Part shown: positions 48,770 to 61,222 of the stretch, piece by piece | Position numbering within the stretch: the stretch's first letter is position 1 | Layout of the letters: each line of letters opens with the position of its first letter | NCBI RefSeq assembly: GCF_009834535.1 | Contig: NC_045728.1 | Location: forward strand, 15,066,001-15,130,000 | Direction of reading: 5' to 3' | Length of the DNA stretch: 64,000 bases | Source: Camelus ferus | Lineage: Eukaryota | Translations under genes and position numbers: made by a program | The notes under the pieces: generated by a model | Seen by the model: only the letters and a program-made list of their open reading frames with translations | Database searches by the model: none | What the model was told of the DNA's origin: nothing

Positions 48770-48980
48770 TTGGAGCTTTGGCCAGACAGATCTGAGTTCA
48801 AATCCAGTCTCTGCCACTTACTAGCTGTGTCCTGGGTAAATTATTTAAACTCTCTGTGTCATCTGTAAAATGGAGAGAATAATGGCATTTGTGTGGCTAC
48901 TTTTCAATGTTTGAGTATGAGTTTTAATGTAACATATTAAGGTGTCTAGTCCAATGTAGTAAGTGCTCAATAATTGTAGT
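48770..48980 (+). mobile_element. MIR SINE
   Basis: TTCAAATCCAGTCTCTGCCACTTACTAGCTGTGTCCTGGGTAAATTATTTAAACTCTCTGTGTCATCTGTAAAATGG...TAAGTGCTCAATAA. Confidence 0.8.
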
Positions 48981-49486
48981 TTTTTTTTTTTTTTTTCAAT
49001 AGGTTTTTTTCTTCCCCTAACCTAGTTGGCCTCCTGGAGATGGCTCCCTGCAGGGCGGCCCTTCTGACCGTGTCTTTGTGAGAAGGGACAATGGCCTGTA
49101 GGACTCACCCTGATCATGTCGGGAGGAGGGTTCTGGTGGAGGCCCAGGCAGTGGCCGGGTGCCGACCAGGTTAAACTCTAGGCCCTCAGACCCCTCTCTC
49201 CTCCGACTGCCTTGGATCCTTCCATTCCATTGAGGGCCAGGTTGAGACCCAGAACCACATCCAGGAGGGCCCCAAGTGTAGTTTCCAGGACCCCCCACAA
49301 TTGTCCCATACTGGGATGGAGGCCTGGCGTGTTTGTCCTGCCCCAGCTGCGGGGGGTGGTAAGGGAATCCTAGGAAGGGTTAGCATAAGATGGGAGGAGA
49401 AAAGGAGGAAGCTGTACTTCTGAGAGTGAACAGACCAAGTGAAGAGTCCCAGGGTCTCTCTGCAGGAGGTGAGAAGGGCACTCTAC

Positions 49487-49502
49487 AGCGCCCCCTGCTG
49501 GC
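49487..49502 (-). promoter_or_regulatory. CTCF-binding motif (consensus match)
   Basis: Minus strand GCCAGCAGGGGGCGCT fits CCASYAGRKGGCRS with no mismatch. Binding itself is not shown. Confidence 0.7.
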
Positions 49503-49639
49503 TGTATGGGAGGACTGGTGTCCCTGTGAAGCATGAAGCCCGTCCTGGCCTATCTCCCTGGACCAGGCTGAAGTCAAGGTTGGGTAAAGAGCCCAGGCAA
49601 GGAGTTGGGGGGTTGGAAGGGAGGGACGGGCTCATCCGC

Positions 49640-49785
49640 TTGACAATTTCAGAATCACCTGAGGCCGATGTCAAAAATGCCTGTTCCCGAACTCCACCCT
49701 AAAACCTCCCCAGACACTGTTTCTTAGGGTTGTGAGGCTCAGGAATCTGTGTTTTTTTTAAACAAATTTCCCCCAAATGCTTGAG
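49640..49785. mobile_element. MER5-type hAT (Charlie) DNA transposon fragment
   Basis: CAGAATCACCTGAGG...CTCCACCC...GGCTCAGGAATCTGTGTTTTTTTAAACAAATTTCCCC. Confidence 0.6.
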
Positions 49786-50639
49786 GCTTAAGAATGGGAG
49801 GGTATTTGGGGCTGAACAGAAAAAGATTTAGAAAAATGTCGCTGTGGGTTGATTTTAGATACCATGCAAGTTAGACTGAAAATAAGGTTGGCACCAATCA
49901 TTTTGCTATGACAGATGTCTGTTGTACACCTACTAAGTGCCAGGAACTTATTCTGCCGTCAAGCTGCTCCTCAGCTTAGAGGGCTGGGTGGACTTTATAA
50001 GGAGCAATCGGGACCCCGAGTTGGGGACAGCGCTGGGAGCACGCATGGGCAGTGTGCCAAGGAGTGTCCTGGAGCCCCAACCGGCAACTGGAAGGAGCCG
50101 GGGGCGGGGGGAGGGGGGAGGCTTCTCCGCGTTTTTCATTTTTGAGATCAAATATTGTCAATAGAAAGTGGGTTAAAAAAAAAAACAATTATCAGGAGCT
50201 CTGGACTGATTTTTTAAATACAATTTGGTTATTTTATTATACAATTTTACCTTGAAGCACGGCAAGAAAAGATGAAATTCCTTACTGTGCGTCACTGATC
50301 CTATTAACAAATAAATTCTTACATAGAAAAAAAAAGAAAGAAAGTGGGTTCCCCTTGCTTTCTTTTCTCTTAAATTGAAATGTTGCGGGGGGCGGATCAT
50401 CCTTTCTCTCCACCCTTGACATGATCCTTCTTGGACATGATGAAAGAAGATTCAACCACGAGTTCAATTCTATTTGCTCATCTGAAACCTGGGCTCCGTG
50501 CGGTTCTGCGTGCCACATCTTAGCCAAAGTAAAGGGACTTTCTGCTTCCCTCTTCTCCAGCAACGGCAGCAGTGAGTCAAAATAAACAACCCCTGGAATC
50601 CAAACGCTGGCTCCGCCTACAAAAAAGGCAAAATATTTC

Positions 50640-51200
50640 TCCTTTTATTGATGGAGGCTGTCAGTGCGCAGGGCACGACTGTGCCCACCGTCAGAGCGCG
50701 CCCGCCTGCACCGGAGCGCGGCGGTGACCAGGTGGAGGAATCCTGATGCCGAGAGGCGCTCGCTGCAGGAGGCCTGGCTTCAGAGCTTTTAATCAGGGAT
50801 ACTTTTAAAAAAATCTTGTAAGTGAAGTTGACTTTCTGTGGCTCCCAGGCCTTGATCCTGCCAGCAGGCCGCCTCCGCCCCCTCGCGGTGTCGGCTCTTA
50901 GCCCGGAGCCGAGTCAGCGCCGGACCTCCATCCGCTCAAGGCCGCAGGGGCGAGAAGCGCTGGACCGTCGCGCCCCCGACAGCCGAGCGCGGGGCGGGGC
51001 TCGGCCGGCCACCCGCTGCCACTTCCTCCAAGCCCTGCTGACCTCTAGTGGTCACACGGTGGAACTGACAGGACGCTGGGCCAGAGTGGACAGCCAGGGT
51101 TACTTTGCACACAGTCCAATCACCTGGGAGCTCTGAAAATACCCTTGGCCAGGCCACACCGCAGGCCGGTTAGGTTCGACTGTCGGCCTTCGGCGTTGAT
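50640..51200. promoter_or_regulatory. Small CpG-rich block about 21 kb upstream of the ZBTB16 TSS (candidate enhancer)
   Basis: Local CpG density (GAGCGCGCCCG, GAGCGCGGCGG, GCGCGGGGCGGGGC GC boxes) in otherwise CpG-poor flanks. Confidence 0.55.
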
Positions 51201-51255
51201 TTTTTTTTTAAAGCCCCCCAGGTCATTCTAACGTGAAGCCAGGATTGAGAGCTCT
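51110..51255. mobile_element. MER5-type hAT fragment
   Basis: AATCACCTGGGAGCTCTGAAAATAC...TTTTTAAAGCCCCCCAGGTCATTCTAACGTGAAGCCAGGATTGAGA. Confidence 0.65.
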
Positions 51256-52727
51256 TGGGTCAAACTGGGCCATTTGCTCGCTTATAATGGGCGTGTGCCA
51301 GGGCAGGGCGCTGTGATGTCAGCGTCTGAAAATGGCTGAGAATGTCCGTCCTCCAGTGCGCGCCTGAGCCCAGTGTCTGAGCACCAGTGGTTAAGATTTC
51401 ATGCTCCTGACAGCGAGTCCCTGGTGCTGGTTCTGACTTCTGTGGAGGGTCCTGTTTCCTGAGCTTGTGGCTGCATCTGGATGGAACTCAGACCCTAGGA
51501 AAAGACTCGAGAATAAAAAGGTCCCATCAATAAGAATAAGAGAAGATAGTTTGCAGCCTTTCGCCCATTAGCAGAGTTCACATTCGTCTCCTGGGAAGTT
51601 CTTCCTGTTGTCTTACCTCAGTCCCCCTTCAAGGAGAGAAAAGTCTAGACTGAAAAAAGGCCAGCTTACCCATCACTCTGGCAGCAGCTGCGGGGTGGGT
51701 TAAGTCAGCCCAGGGCTGCGGTACCCACGGCTTCCCGGACCGGCTGGGCTGTTCTCTTCAGGCTCTGCACTCCATCCTCGATGAAATGGGTTGGAAGGGA
51801 GAAGAGCCAGCACCGGCACAATTAAATTAATTTCCAGCAGCTGCATGGGATTAAAATTACCCACTTCTCTCTGGTCTCTGTCTAATGTTCCTGAACACAA
51901 TCTCCTGATCCTCTACTCCTAGTCTTTTCTCTTGCTCATAGTCTCAGCTTTTGGTAAATTTACTCCTCATGTTCTGCCCTTCCTCCCCCGAAGGTTTGGT
52001 TGGAGGACACAGCCCTGGCCGGACCCACCCCAGGTCTGACCCTCCCCTTCCCGGACTTGCCCAGGGAGCTGGGCAGAGGCGACATCAGGGGGCAGCGTGA
52101 CCCTTGGGAGTGGGACAGGGTGTGGGAGTGCTTCAGCCCTCATGGGGTTCCCAGGGGAAGCGGAACCTTGCACTCCCCAGGCCTGTCCTTCCAGGGAGCA
52201 GAGGAAGGTCAATACCCTATGTTAGAATGAGCATCAGACTTGGGGTCAAGGCTGCATCTGCCGGCCCGGGTCCTCTCTGAGCCTCAGACACGCTTCTGTA
52301 AAGAGGAGAAGAGACTTCTCCTTACAGGTTGCTGTTGAGGATCTAAGGACACGATACACAGACAAATCAGACGTCTGAAACGTATAGGTAGATACTTGAT
52401 AGAACCTGACCTGGTAGATGATCGTATGTAATAGAATGATTATAGTACCAGCTGTTTACACTTACAATAGATAGCGTTTACTGAGTGTGTATTACAGGAC
52501 CACCATCACAGCTGTGTGCTGAGGCGAGTCCTGTGATTGTCCCCACTCACGAATGCGGGAAAACAGGTACAGAGGTGTTGGGAGACATGCCCGAAGACAC
52601 ACAGTAAGTGGGGGACCTAGAAAGTGAAAAGTCAGTTCTGGAAATCTGATGACATGTCCTGGGAGAATGTATCACTGGGCTATGCGCGTGCCGAGGCTTC
52701 ACAGATGCTTGTATCTGTGCATGTGGG

Positions 52728-52958
52728 AGTATGCACACCCACACACATACACATATACACATACATAGATGTACACACATATACACACAATACATACACA
52801 TATGCACAGACATACACACAGACACATATATGCATACACATGCGCACACACATAAACACACACACATAAACACATGTGCACACATAAACAATTGCATACA
52901 CACCTGCACACATACATGCGTGCACATATGTGCACACACATATACGTGCGCACACACA
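52728..52958. repeat. Degenerate (CA/TA)n purine-pyrimidine repeat, about 230 bp
   Basis: ACACACATACACATATACACATACATAGATGTACACACATATACAC...GTGCACACACATATACGTGCGCACACAC. Confidence 0.92.
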
Positions 52959-55900
52959 TCTTTGCACATTGTCACTGAATAACCAAAGACCCTGCACCTG
53001 CCTCCTGGAAGAGTTTCCCCAAGGGGCCACCTCTCGGAGAAGTAAAGGGGAAACAAACTAGTCACTGCAACTAGTGGGAGAAAACCAGCAGAAAAGGAAG
53101 CCAAGAGCCTTTGGATGGAGGGACAGATCACGAGGAAGCAGCGGGGCCAACAGGGTGGAGCAGTCAGTCACCCACACCTCGAGTTGTGATGCAGACTCTT
53201 GGGAACAGGAACAGGCTTCCTGTGACACTGTCCTCACTGGGATTCATCTGTTTCTTTCTCGGGACCCTGGCCCAGCTATCTGGGCACGAGGGGCAGCGCT
53301 CCAGCAGTCAGCTCATCCCAAAGCTTCATCCGCTGATTCCGACAAGGGGCCAGATTGTTTCTGGGCTCTGCGTGTAACTGACACTTAATGGCATTTGTTT
53401 TATTTCAAGTTCTCCTCTGCTGCGCGCTGTTCTCATCCTTACCCATCTGCCAAATGGAGCTGGGGGCGGGGTGGGCACCTAGTCTAGTGACTTGCTTCTG
53501 CCCTTTTCTAGCTCTGTGACCCTGGCCACGTCGTTACCTTCTCCGGTCAGCTCTAAGGTCTCATCCGGCCTGACATTCTCAGTCTAAGATTCTAATCAGG
53601 TCTCCATCAGCCACAGCCCTCTGGGGTCGGTAGTAGGCAGCTTGAGTAGTGTGTGCAGGGGTGGGCACTGCATTTGTGAGCCTCAGATGACAACGCATCA
53701 TCAAAGGGGAGGAAGTGGTGTGTGGATGGGGGCAGATGTCACCCTGGCCCTGCCCTTGCAGACATGGTTTGATCTCAGGGTCAGAATCAGGATTTGGGGA
53801 TAATGCAGTGTGGTTGCGAAGCTTCCTTCTCCCAGATATCTCAAAAGAATTAGAGGAAATATCAGAGCAAAGGAAAGCAATAAGCCAAGAGACTAGCTCC
53901 TAATCAGAGCCACCCCTGTGTAGACAGCCCTTGCCTTGTGCGGCTACTACCCTAGACCCTTTGAGAGATCAACTCCTTTAGTTTTCGGAACAACACTGCA
54001 GGGGTGGGTACTGACGTAAGCCCCGTTTTACAGATGAGGACACTGAGCCATAAAAGGTGACACAGCTGGTGGATGGCAATGCTGGGATGCAGAACGAGGG
54101 AGTCTGGCTCCAGTGTTTATAATGTTAACCATTAAATTGTATTGCTTCCCAAGGAACGTCTCCCCCCAGGTCGGAGGAGCCCTCTGGGAGAAGGTAAATC
54201 ACCTGGTGGTCTCTGGAACCTGGTTTGGATACTGCACATTTCAGAGGCAGGCCATGGCCAGGAAGAGAGGGGCCCCTCACAGCCAGGGCACCTGCTTCCT
54301 GCACTGACGAGTCGGCAGAGGGTTTCCTCCTTTTTGCTTAGATCCCTCAGGCATCTGCCTTGCTCTTCCACATCCAGGGGATAAGGAAGAGCGGCATGCT
54401 TTGCCTTCTCGAGATGACGCTCTCAGACTGGCACATCTCTCCGGTCCTCCTGGGGTTTCACTTCCTGCTCTGACCGCCTGCACGGCCACCTTCCACGTGG
54501 GAGGACAGGCCAGCCCCGGGCAGCACAATGTCTGTGCATCACAGGCCAACAATGACCCACGTGTCACTTCCCAGTTTCTGCTGAGAACACTCGCTGTCTG
54601 GGAGAGGAAGCCCTGAGACAGGGTTCGAGCGGAGAAGGCAGCCGCACACAGGTGGCCGAGCTGCGGTAGGGCGCGAGCACCGGTGAATCATGGGAGAATC
54701 CCGCATGGGCACCTCCCCTCCTCGCCTTGGGTGGCGCTGGCTGCGGCTGGCCTGGTGCCCCGGAAGTCGGGAAGTCAGAGGGGGAACCACGGAAGTGAAA
54801 ACAACCCCAAAAGAAAGTGGAGGGGAAGATGAGTGAAAGTCCTAGCTGATGCAAATATTGACTTAACCATTATGGGAGTAAATAAAACTCCCATTTATGT
54901 TATGCAAGTGCGATATTCTTTGAATACTTCTGTCTGGAGNNNNNNNNNNNNNNNNNNNNNNNNNNNNNNNNNNNNNNNNNNNNNNNNNNNNNNNNNNNNN
55001 NNNNNNNNNNNNNNNNNNNNNNNNNNNNNNNNNNNNNNNNNNNNNNNNNNNNNNNNNNNNNNNNNNNNNNNNNNNNNNNNNNNNNNNNNNNNNNNNNNNN
55101 NNNNNNNNNNNNNNNNNNNNNNNNNNNNNNNNNNNNNNNNNNNNNNNNNNNNNNNNNNNNNNNNNNNNNNNNNNNNNNNNNNNNNNNNNNNNNNNNNNNN
55201 NNNNNNNNNNNNNNNNNNNNNNNGCTGTGGAGCTCNNNNNNNNNNNNNNNNNNNNNNNNNNNNNNNNNNNNNNNNNNNNNNNNNNNNNNNNNNNNNNNNN
55301 NNNNNNNNNNNNNNNNNNNNNNNNNNNNNNNNNNNNNNNNNNNNNNNNNNNNNNNNNNNNNNNNNNNNNNNNNNNNNNNNNNNTTGCCGGGAAGGACGCA
55401 CAGAGAGGAGACAAATCAAGATTGCAGCCCATTCTAGCTGTGGTCCTGGATTGAGGAGGACAGCGAGAGGCGGGAAAAGGGTGGTGCCCGAAGGAAGGGA
55501 CCAGAGCCAGGGGTCCTGTTCCGCAGAGAGAGGAAGTAGGGGGGATGCTGACGGGAGACCCGGGCGCAGGCACAGCCTGTTGGATTTCTCTAGTCTTGCA
55601 GGGTGCTCTTCCTTCCCTGTGGGACAAGGAGACTGCGGGTCTTGGGGAGAGGGGTCTGTGCTCACTCATCACCCCCAGCAGCAGGAATCCTGGCAGGAAA
55701 AGGGACTGAGACATTGCTGCTATCATTCCATAAGTCAAGGTTATTAACTAGAGGAGATCAAATAACCTTGCACTGTGTTAAAATGTAAATGCCAAACAGC
55801 TGCCACTGAACTTTCAGTGGTGTCTGGTCCCCAGGCGAGAGAGGTGCTCAGCGACAAGGAGAGGAGCCGGAGGAAAGGCGCCCAGCCCTTTTCGGAGCTC

Positions 55901-56235
55901 GCAACAGCCACGCGCACCCTCCAGCCCTGGCCAGCATGGAGGAGAAGGGTCGGCCGTGGAAGGAGAGGCTCCCGGAGCAGGTCAAGCCAGGCGCGGGAGG
56001 AGAGAAGGCTTCCAGGCTGCAGTCCTCTCCCCCACAGCCCACAGTGATGCCTAGGCTGTGAACTGGAGAGCAGCTCAGAAATGTCCTTTTCAGAAGAGCA
56101 TCCTGAGGGGGAGGACCTCGCTAGGTGCTCCCCGTGCAAGGCCCTCCTGCATTCAGAGAGGGGTGGATGGGGCAGGCTGAGAGGTGGGAGGGGTGTTGGA
56201 AATAAGGAATCTTCCTTAAGTCAAGAAGACCATGG

Positions 56236-56408
56236 GGAGAAGGGTATAGCTCAAGTAGCAGAGGCATGCTTAGCATGCGTGAGGTCCTGGGTTCAATCCC
56301 CAGTACCTCCTCTAAAAATAAATAAACCTAATTACCCACCCCATCCTGCCAAAATAAAAAAAATAATAATTAAATAATATGATAATAAATAAATACTTAA
56401 AAAAGAAG
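56236..56408 (+). mobile_element. tRNA-derived SINE, camelid Vic-1-like
   Basis: GGGTATAGCTCAAG...GAGGTCCTGGGTTCAATCCCCAGTACCTCC plus an A/T-rich tail. TSD AAGAAGACCATGG (56223-56235) / AAGAAGATAATGG (56409-56421). Confidence 0.88.
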
Positions 56409-59400
56409 AAGAAGATAATGGAAGATGCTTAGGTCGGAGAAGCTGGCAAAGCCAAAAGAGTACAGAAGAATCTGGAGGGTCATGAAGACCAGGTGGGAGG
56501 CCGAGGCAGGTCCGGCCTCCGATGTGAGACCCTGCGGGGGGTGAGTATGTGTGGTCATGTGGCTCCTTCCTGAAGCGCTTAGGACAAAGCCCGAGTCCTG
56601 CTGTGGACTGAAGCAGATGTAGCCTCGTCTGGGAAGCTGGGTGGACTTGGGAGTCCCAGCAGCAGGGTTTACAGGAGAGGCCCCGTGAGCTGCGGCATCA
56701 GGAAGTTCTCACACGCAGCAGAGCCCGAGGCTTGGTGGGCGGGTGGTGGAGGATGAGGCGCTACTGTAGATGGTAAGCTTAGTGAAGGCAGAAGAACTAT
56801 CTGATCTTAGCAGCCAGCCTGCACACACTTAGGAAGTTGAGTGAGATGTATCTCAGAGGAGTAAACGCCATGGGTGACCAGGAGAGGAAACCCGCCATGC
56901 CCGGTGTCAATCCAGCGGGCCAGGCGGTTGGCGTGGGTGACAGGCCCTCCGGGGAGTGCCGGCAGGGTCTAAGATCCTCACGGTCTGCTGGGGTGGGGGG
57001 GTGCAGCCTGATGTGCAGCCCTACTTTGTGCGGGCCCCTCCCTGCCGCCCTGGCTCATCTCCAGGCTGTGGTCCTGAAGTGGATGCTCTCAGCTGCCTTG
57101 TCTGTAAATCCTGCATCCTGAGCTCAGTGATACAGGATGAGACCCCAGAAGTTTCCCGGACTCTGCCCATGGTGGGTGGGAAATTGAGGAAGGACCATGG
57201 GATCCCCACAGGCCCTCTCTAACCCTGACAGAACTTCAGAATCAACTGGGGAGACCCCCCCAAAGACTCTAATCCAAGAGGAGGTGTCTAAAATTGCACA
57301 GGTGATCCTGACACAGTACTGGATAGAAAACTGTTCCTTGGATGGTTCCACACCCTGACCTCGCCCTCAGTCTAACCTCCCCACTCAGCTCCAGACCGTG
57401 GAAGGAGAAATACATACGTTCTCTCTGGTAAGCAATTGACAGAATGCAGAGATTCTGCTTAAACAGCAAGCAAAATGGAGAGAGGAAAGGAAGGCACCCT
57501 GAACTCCAGGGTGGCTGACCAATCCCTGGGTCAAGGGCACAGGGATGGAGGTGCAGTTGAATTTCCACCTCTGGGGGCCTTTCCAGTTAGACAGAGACAG
57601 ATCTGGAGGCAGAGGGATGAAAATGGCCTTCAGATCCTTGGCTTTTGTAACTTTATAGTATCTCCAGTATTTATAGATGAGGAAACTGAAGGCCTCAGAG
57701 GTCCTGTGACTCTTACTCAGATGGGCAGTGCCGAAACTGACTAGAGCCCAGGTGTCTTGACTCAAGATTAAGATCTCTTCTTCTTCCTTCGAGTCGTGTA
57801 CTTGGGCCCTGGGAAGATAAAACAAGAGCGAAAGACAGCCTAGGATTCATGTTCACACGTTGGATATGAGGGGATGGAGGGGCCCCAGAGGAGGTTTCTA
57901 GCTCCAAGAATATAAGATACTGCCGGAGCTCACCACCCAGGTGGAGAGGTTCTTACAAAATCGTAAAACCGTTTATTAAAGTTGATATAGCGGAGGGGTC
58001 ATGGAAGAAAGGACCTTATCAGGACAAGTCCTGGACAGGGCCGGGAAGCACTGACTACTTACTGTTAATTGCTGAGTTGATCACCCAGCTCTGTGCTAAG
58101 ACTTTGGGAAGAACAGGGAAGGTAATGATAGCATGCCTGCCCACAGGAAGCTTTCAGTCAAGTTAGAAGAGCGATGCACACAGGAGAGGCGTGGAGAGAA
58201 TGCCAAAGCCAGCCAGGCTGCAGAGCTCAGGCTGTGGGACCCAGACACTCACTTTCTCTAGATTCTGAGAAGTGGGGAAAGTTGGACCGAGTTGGACCAA
58301 GGCTCCCCATAGCAAAGGATCCCGGGTGAAGAGTCCACAGGTGCTGGGGGGAGGGCTGCTTTCTCAAGGTCGGGGGGGTGCAGCTGGACAGAGGCTCTTG
58401 GCCTGGCTTCTACAGCAGAGGGCCTGTGGGCAGAGCCCATGGCTGGCCTCAGTGACCCCCGCTCCCTCTCTCCCAACAGGAGGTGGTGGGAACCTGCCGC
58501 AGGCTCAGAGCCCTGTCACAGATCCAGCATCCTGAGATGCCCTGCCGGGGGTGGATTTAATACTGTACATAAATATGCTTTACAGTCACCGGGCAGGATT
58601 TCTACGCTGAGGAGACCATCAACTATTTTATGGTGATGCAGATCCGGTGTAAAAAAAGGAGAAGAAGAAGGGAAGATAATGATTTGATGGGGTTCTCTTA
58701 GGATATGTCACAGCAGGGAATGCTTACAAAGAATGCATACTACTAGGGACACACAGCTATTCGGTCATCCAACGAACGTATAAATTGTCAGAAGCCAGGA
58801 TGGGAGGAAAGGAATGGGAGAGATCCGGGTGCCCATCACGCTGTCAGCAATGGCTCCCTCGCTCCACCTGGCTGGCAGCGGTCTGGTGCGCCAGCCACAG
58901 CGCGGTCCCGCAGAAGGGAGACGCGTCTAATAAATGTCTCTGGAAAATTACGACTGTACTGCTACAGTAAAAAGATGGCGCCGTTTATCTCAGCACCATC
59001 TGCACAGGCTCATTTGTTGCTCCCAAGGCAGCCCACATGCACCCAGCAAGTTTGTAACTCTCCAGGACTTGGAGTGTTTTCTTCCCGAGGATGCTCTGGG
59101 ACCTGGGTGCTCATTCCTTTTCCGGCTCTGGGCGGTCCACCGGGGAGAAGCTGGACGTGCTGGCTGCAGGAGCCAGACGTTGTAACATCAGAGCTGGACC
59201 TCGGGGTGGGGACCAGGAGCCCGGAATCCTTCCCACACAGGTGAAAAGGAACAGAGAGCATCATTATTCGTCCATTTCCTTCAGCTATGCAACGAACAAT
59301 GGCGAGCGTCTGCTACCTGCCAGGCGCTGTGATGGACTTAGGGATACTTGAGGAGTTTCTGCTTCTTGTAGGATTTGATTCAAGTGTCATCTTCTCAATG

Positions 59401-59946
59401 AAGCCTTCCCTGCGCCCCCCACCTAACACAGCGGGCCTCTCAGAGCCCTTTGCCATTGCACAGACTCCTGGTGTGCGAGCACACCCACAGGCCAGCGCCT
59501 GCGTCTCTGTTTAGCCCTGCCTGCAAGCTGCCCAAATCTGCTCTGCTGGGAGTGCCTGAGAATGCATAACCTGACTCCCACTCCCCGGGGGGAGGCAGCC
59601 CTTGACCCGTGATGGATGGAAGCAAACCCATGAACCCCTTCCAGACTCCCTTGTCCCCACTGGTTGCAACACTGTGGTGTGTTTGGCGCTGCTGAAACAT
59701 TAAATCTTGAGGAGGGAGGAGGAAACTATAAAGCTAGGAATATGCAAGGGCTGCATTCCCAGGATCTGAGAGCTTTGAAAGGGTCTGCTTTGAGCTTGTT
59801 CCAATGACCGGCTGGAGGCGGCATTCCGGAAAGCGGGTGGCTGAAAGGGACAATGTATGGGGGTGGCGGGACATCTGGAAGACACAGGCTGCTCTGGCAT
59901 CTCTTGTAGTCTCGGTGCAGCAGCAACCATGCCCATCAACACCATG

Positions 59947-60245
59947 CTCTTTTTTATTGTTTTTTAATTGAAGTATAGTCAGTTTGCAATGTTGTGTTAA
60001 TTTCTGGTGCACAGCAGAGTGATTCAGTTATACATATACATGTTCCCTTTCATATTCTTTTTCATTATAGGCTATTACAAGGTATCGAATATATACTGAG
60101 TATTGTTCCCTGTGACTGTACAGTAGGACCTTGTTGTTTATCTATTTTATATGTAGTAGTCAGTGTCTGCAAATCTCGAACTCCCAATTTATCCTTCCCC
60201 AACTCCTTCCCTGCCTGGCAACCACAAGTTCATTTTCTATATCTG
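59947..60245 (-). mobile_element. L1 3'UTR fragment
   Basis: T-run then TTGAAGTATAGTCAGTTTGCAATGTTGTGTTAATTTCTGGTG...CTGCAAATCTCGAACTCCCAATTTATCC, closely similar to 42140-42410. Confidence 0.87.
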
Positions 60246-61009
60246 AAGGACCACGCTCTTGAGAAAGCTTGAGACTCCGTCCCTTCTCTCCTTCCTCAGG
60301 GTCCTCCGCCGACCACTGAGATGGAAGACTCTCTCTTCTCCCTCTGCCCTCCCCTCCTCTCTCCTACACAACCAGCGTAAGAACCTCAACTTCACATGTA
60401 AAAACCCTCCTTGGCCGCCTTCCAGAGAAAGAAGCATTGTTCTGTCCTGTGCAGAAGTCCCTGTCCTGCTTTGCTTTGGGTCTCAGGGAAACTAGTTACC
60501 ACTGGTGGGGAGTTGAAGCCGGGGAAACAGGGACCAGAGCTGGGCTCTTTTCAGTAGATGCAGATACAGTGATGGTGTGGGTCCAGGGCTAGACCTGATG
60601 GCAGCTGCAGTGGTGGGAGAATGAATAACAAGAGCCTGTCCCCGACGTGGCAAGTCCAACGGGCCCTCAGCATAATCAGGGTGATTGTGTGACTTGGGTG
60701 ATGATGGTACAACCTGGGAGTCTTGGAAGTAGCACCAGAGAGGAGGGAATTGCTGACGGATATTGAGGAAGTTTAATTAAGAGACTTCAGTGACTGATGA
60801 GCTGTTTATGTGGGGGGAGGAGAGAGCCGGGAGGAGGGCAGATTTTGGTGGGAAGGAGAAATGAAGGGCAGAGACAGAGGCTGAGAAGGGGAAATGGACA
60901 GAGAGGAAAGGCAAAGAGATATTAAAAGGATTATAGAAAGACGTGGAGAATGGCAGAGCCTGAAAACGAGATAGGAAAGAAGCAGTCAGAAAAATCAACG
61001 GAACTCCTA

Positions 61010-61222
61010 TGTTTTTGAACTTCTTATTTCCAACTAGTTTTAGACTCACAGGAAAGCTGGGGGGCAGGGAATGGACAGAGACTTCCTAATTCCCACTCAC
61101 CCAGCGTCCTCTGATGTTCACATCTTATACAACCATGGCACAGCTATTAAAATCAGGACATTGACATTGACACGATACTGATCACTAAACCACAGACTCG
61201 ATTTGAATCTCACCAGTTTCCT
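61010..61222 (-). mobile_element. Old L1M 3'-end fragment
   Basis: TTTTAGACTCACAGGAAAGCTG...CACATCTTATACAACCATGGCACAGCTATTAAAATCAGGACATTGACATTGACAC. Confidence 0.65.

Noticed and set aside
52547-53131. Cys/Val/Met- and His/Thr-rich ORFs
   Set aside because: Translations of the (CA/TA)n repeat.
54833-55747. Long ORFs spanning N-runs (also at 9.0-9.5, 13.4-14.7, 15.7-16.6, 20.2-20.5 and 62.0-62.5 kb)
   Set aside because: Artefacts of translating N as X.
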